From: Squalus acanthias
Taxonomy: Eukaryota
NCBI GenBank assembly: GCA_030390025.1
Contig: CM059433.1
Span: forward strand, 17,300,001-17,364,000
Length of the DNA: 64,000 nt
Direction of reading: 5' to 3'
Position 1 is the stretch's first letter. Each line of letters opens with the position of its first letter. The position numbers were made by a program, and so were the translations under genes. The notes under the pieces are model-generated. The model was not told the DNA's origin. It saw nothing but the letters and a program-made list of their open reading frames with translations, and ran no database searches. Below are positions 61,510 through 64,000 of the stretch, piece after piece.

Positions 61510-61556
61510 ATGCCTGTACCTAGTAGGCATTATCGAGAGAAAATGTGCAATATGGG
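61510..61556 (+). CDS. CTBP2: First coding exon of a RIBEYE-like (CTBP2 family, A-domain) isoform: MPVPSRHYREKMCNM(G); exon 61505-61556
   Basis: Branch-like CTAAT at 61447, long pyrimidine tract, ACAG acceptor, GG|GTAAGA donor; peptide matches my recollection of human RIBEYE N-terminus MPVPSRHINIGRSQSWD (7 identical residues, then NMG vs NIG). Paralog identity unresolved. Confidence 0.62.
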
Positions 61557-62347
61557 GTAAGAGATAAAGAGAAGATTGAAAAATTAGCTTGTGTGTGGAT
61601 GGAGGTCCATGTCTCTTTCTGTTGTATTAATAATTATGTATATTTATTAAAAATGCAGCTTTTTGCAACACGTTTTTAAAATAACATATAAAGGTAGTTC
61701 CATAATGAAAGAAATTAATGTTTTTTTACTACGTCTCACTGGTCCTCCAGTTACATTACATTTTACTGTTTCTTGTCATTGCATCACACCCTCCAATATG
61801 GTTGCCATGGTGAATCCAGCGAATTATGCTTAAATTTCTTACATTCTTTTCCAATTTACATTACAAGGCAATGCTTGAAAAATACCAACAAAAATTTATG
61901 ACTTTCAGCATTGCAATTAGCAGTATTTGTTTTGCTAAAGAGATGGATTGTGTTTGCAAAATAGCCCACATTCAGCATCTCTTTCACAGCTCAGCTAGCT
62001 CTTTATTTTATTCTGTCAGAGGTAGGCTATTTAATTTAATATTTGGTCTTCCAAGTAAAGCAATCAACAATAAATGTGCCAGAGTACATAATTAAATCGG
62101 GTCCAAACTGCAGCTCCTAAACCAAAGAATGCCTTCTGTGAGAAGAGACAGGGACTGCTAATTGGGAATTTGTATTTTCTGCCATCGTTGAACAAGGAAC
62201 AAATATTGTTATTCCAGTGACTGATTAATTTTTTAAAATCCTTTTACTTTTCTAATGGCCGTATTTATGAGATGATGGTTGTTCTTTATAATATTTCATC
62301 TATGTGCTTAGTGGAATAAAACCATTCGTTTGTTTGTATGTGTGGCA

Positions 62348-62597
62348 GAAGAAACTTCTTTACCCAGAGAGTGGTGAGAATGTGGAACTCGCTACCACAG
62401 GGAGTGGTTGAAGCGAATAGTATAGATGCATTTAAGGGGAGGCTAGACGAGCATATGAGGGAAAAGGGAATAGAGGGTTATGCTGATAGATTTAGATGAG
62501 GAAAGACGGGAGGAGGCTCGTGTGGAGCATAAACGCCGGCATGGACTGGTTGGGCCGAATGGCCTGTTTCTGTGCCGTATATCCTATGTAATCCTAT
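62348..62597 (+). mobile_element. CR1 3' end fragment
   Basis: RNFFTQRVVRMWNSLPQ...; tail ATCCTATGTAATCCTAT. Confidence 0.9.
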
Positions 62598-63165
62598 ATT
62601 GTTAGAGCTATCATCAATAGATTTTTAACCAACAATTGACACAACGATTCAACTGTAAGCAGTTAGTGGAGGGAGACGAGTAGTTCTAGTAGTTGAGTGT
62701 TGCAACCCAGTCCCAACCCAGGATGTCATGAGTTGAAATCCCCAACTTCAGCTGGCTCGTTTGCCCACGTCGGTTGACTTTCAGCAACCTCTAGCCAGGT
62801 GACGAGATGGAGATACAAGTGGCAGCAGGGCAGAGCTCCATGTAGGAGAAGGTAGGACTGGAAAGATAGGTCTCATCCAGCAGACCGACTCCTCCTGCCC
62901 AGCGATTACAAAACATCAGCGATGTTGAAGGGACACGTGAGCCCACTCTCCCAGCAGCTGTTAGTTTTTAGATTTTAAAATATAAAAAATAAAAAAGTAA
63001 AAACTGCGTTCGATGTAGAATATAATCACTCGAAAGTAAAAAAGTTAAGGAGTAAGTTTCACATTTCATGCAAATATCAGTCTTCATTTCCTTCAGACTC
63101 GTAAGGACCCTTCAATTCCCTGTAACTGTAGGTTCTACTTGTGCTATTGATCAGTCTATATTCTG

Positions 63166-63495
63166 AGTTATGAGGAAAGTCTAGTGTAACTCAAATCTCT
63201 CAAACCGAGAAGATTAAAGAGGGATTTGATGGAGGTGTTGGTCGGTAAATTGAAACAAAAGGCTGCGATCTCAAGATAAACACCAGATACAGGAGAGATG
63301 AGAAACTTTTCATGCAGAGTTGTTCGGATGTGGAATATTTCGCCACAGGTGGTGATTGATATTAAATTGATCACAGCATTTGGGAAGGTACTGGATAGTT
63401 ACTTAAAACAAGACGTTAGGATTCATGTAAAATCAGCTCCAAAGATGGCCTAAATTCAGCGCTGGCAAGGAGGACTGAAAGGCCTCTTCGTGCTA
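63166..63495 (+). mobile_element. Old decayed CR1 3' fragment
   Basis: SYEESL...RRLKRDLMEV...RNFFMQRVVRMWN remnants. Confidence 0.7.
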
Positions 63496-64000
63496 ATAGA
63501 AATCGTGATATGTTGCTGAAATGACAGCAAATACATATTGTCTCTGGGATGCACAGTGTTTAAAAGCATCGAGGATAACAGAGCTTTGCAAAATCTGTTG
63601 CGTTTTAGTCAGCTTTCCTAAACCAGACGGGTGGGTGTGAGATAGCTGAAGTGTACCACAGGCAAGATGACGATGACATGTGTGATTTTCAAGAGCCCTC
63701 CTGAACCAGGGAGCTAGTATGTAATACAAGAGCGATGCTGCCACTTCAGTGGATTTAATCATCAAAAGTGCGTGGATTTTAAATGCAAAAAAAGCTGAAG
63801 TACAGAAAGGAAATGGCTTTTTGGGGTCTTGTGTTGTCTAATGAATAATGTGAGTGACGTTTAAAACATTTTAAGAGAATAGAATGTGGAGTTCAGCTTC
63901 TTAATCACCTAAGGGCATTGCTTTTGGCAGTAGGGAGCTGAGGTCCAGCCCCAGCTTATTATTGTTGGCAGAAACCAGCTGTTAGTGCAGTTCAACAAAA

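Noticed and set aside
1..64000. CRISPR arrays, retrons, operons, rRNA or tRNA genes
   Set aside because: Eukaryotic repeat landscape; all RTs are LINE-type, tRNA-like boxes are SINE heads, and there is no regular repeat-spacer array.

Overview
Repeat-rich vertebrate genomic DNA, almost certainly from a cartilaginous fish (shark-type CR1 and L2 LINEs, SacSINE1-like DeuSINEs, Penelope-like elements). No prokaryotic system is present. Most of the window reads as intronic or upstream sequence filled with nested transposons. These include several CR1 subfamilies (one with an intact 979-aa EN+RT ORF2 and a TAATG ORF1/ORF2 overlap), L2 LINEs, a second poly(A)-tailed LINE family, a decayed Tigger/pogo transposase, and many PIF/Harbinger-type non-autonomous elements with 3-bp TSDs (three retain Myb/SANT gene relics). 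Penelope pseudo-LTR fragments carry four intact minimal hammerhead ribozyme cores, all on the + strand. The only host-gene signal I can support is near the right end: a probable 5'UTR exon (58203-58389) and a 52-nt exon (61505-61556) encoding MPVPSRHYREKMCNMG. From memory this matches the N-terminus of RIBEYE, the synaptic-ribbon isoform of CTBP2. Family and protein assignments are by eye and recall, not by database search.
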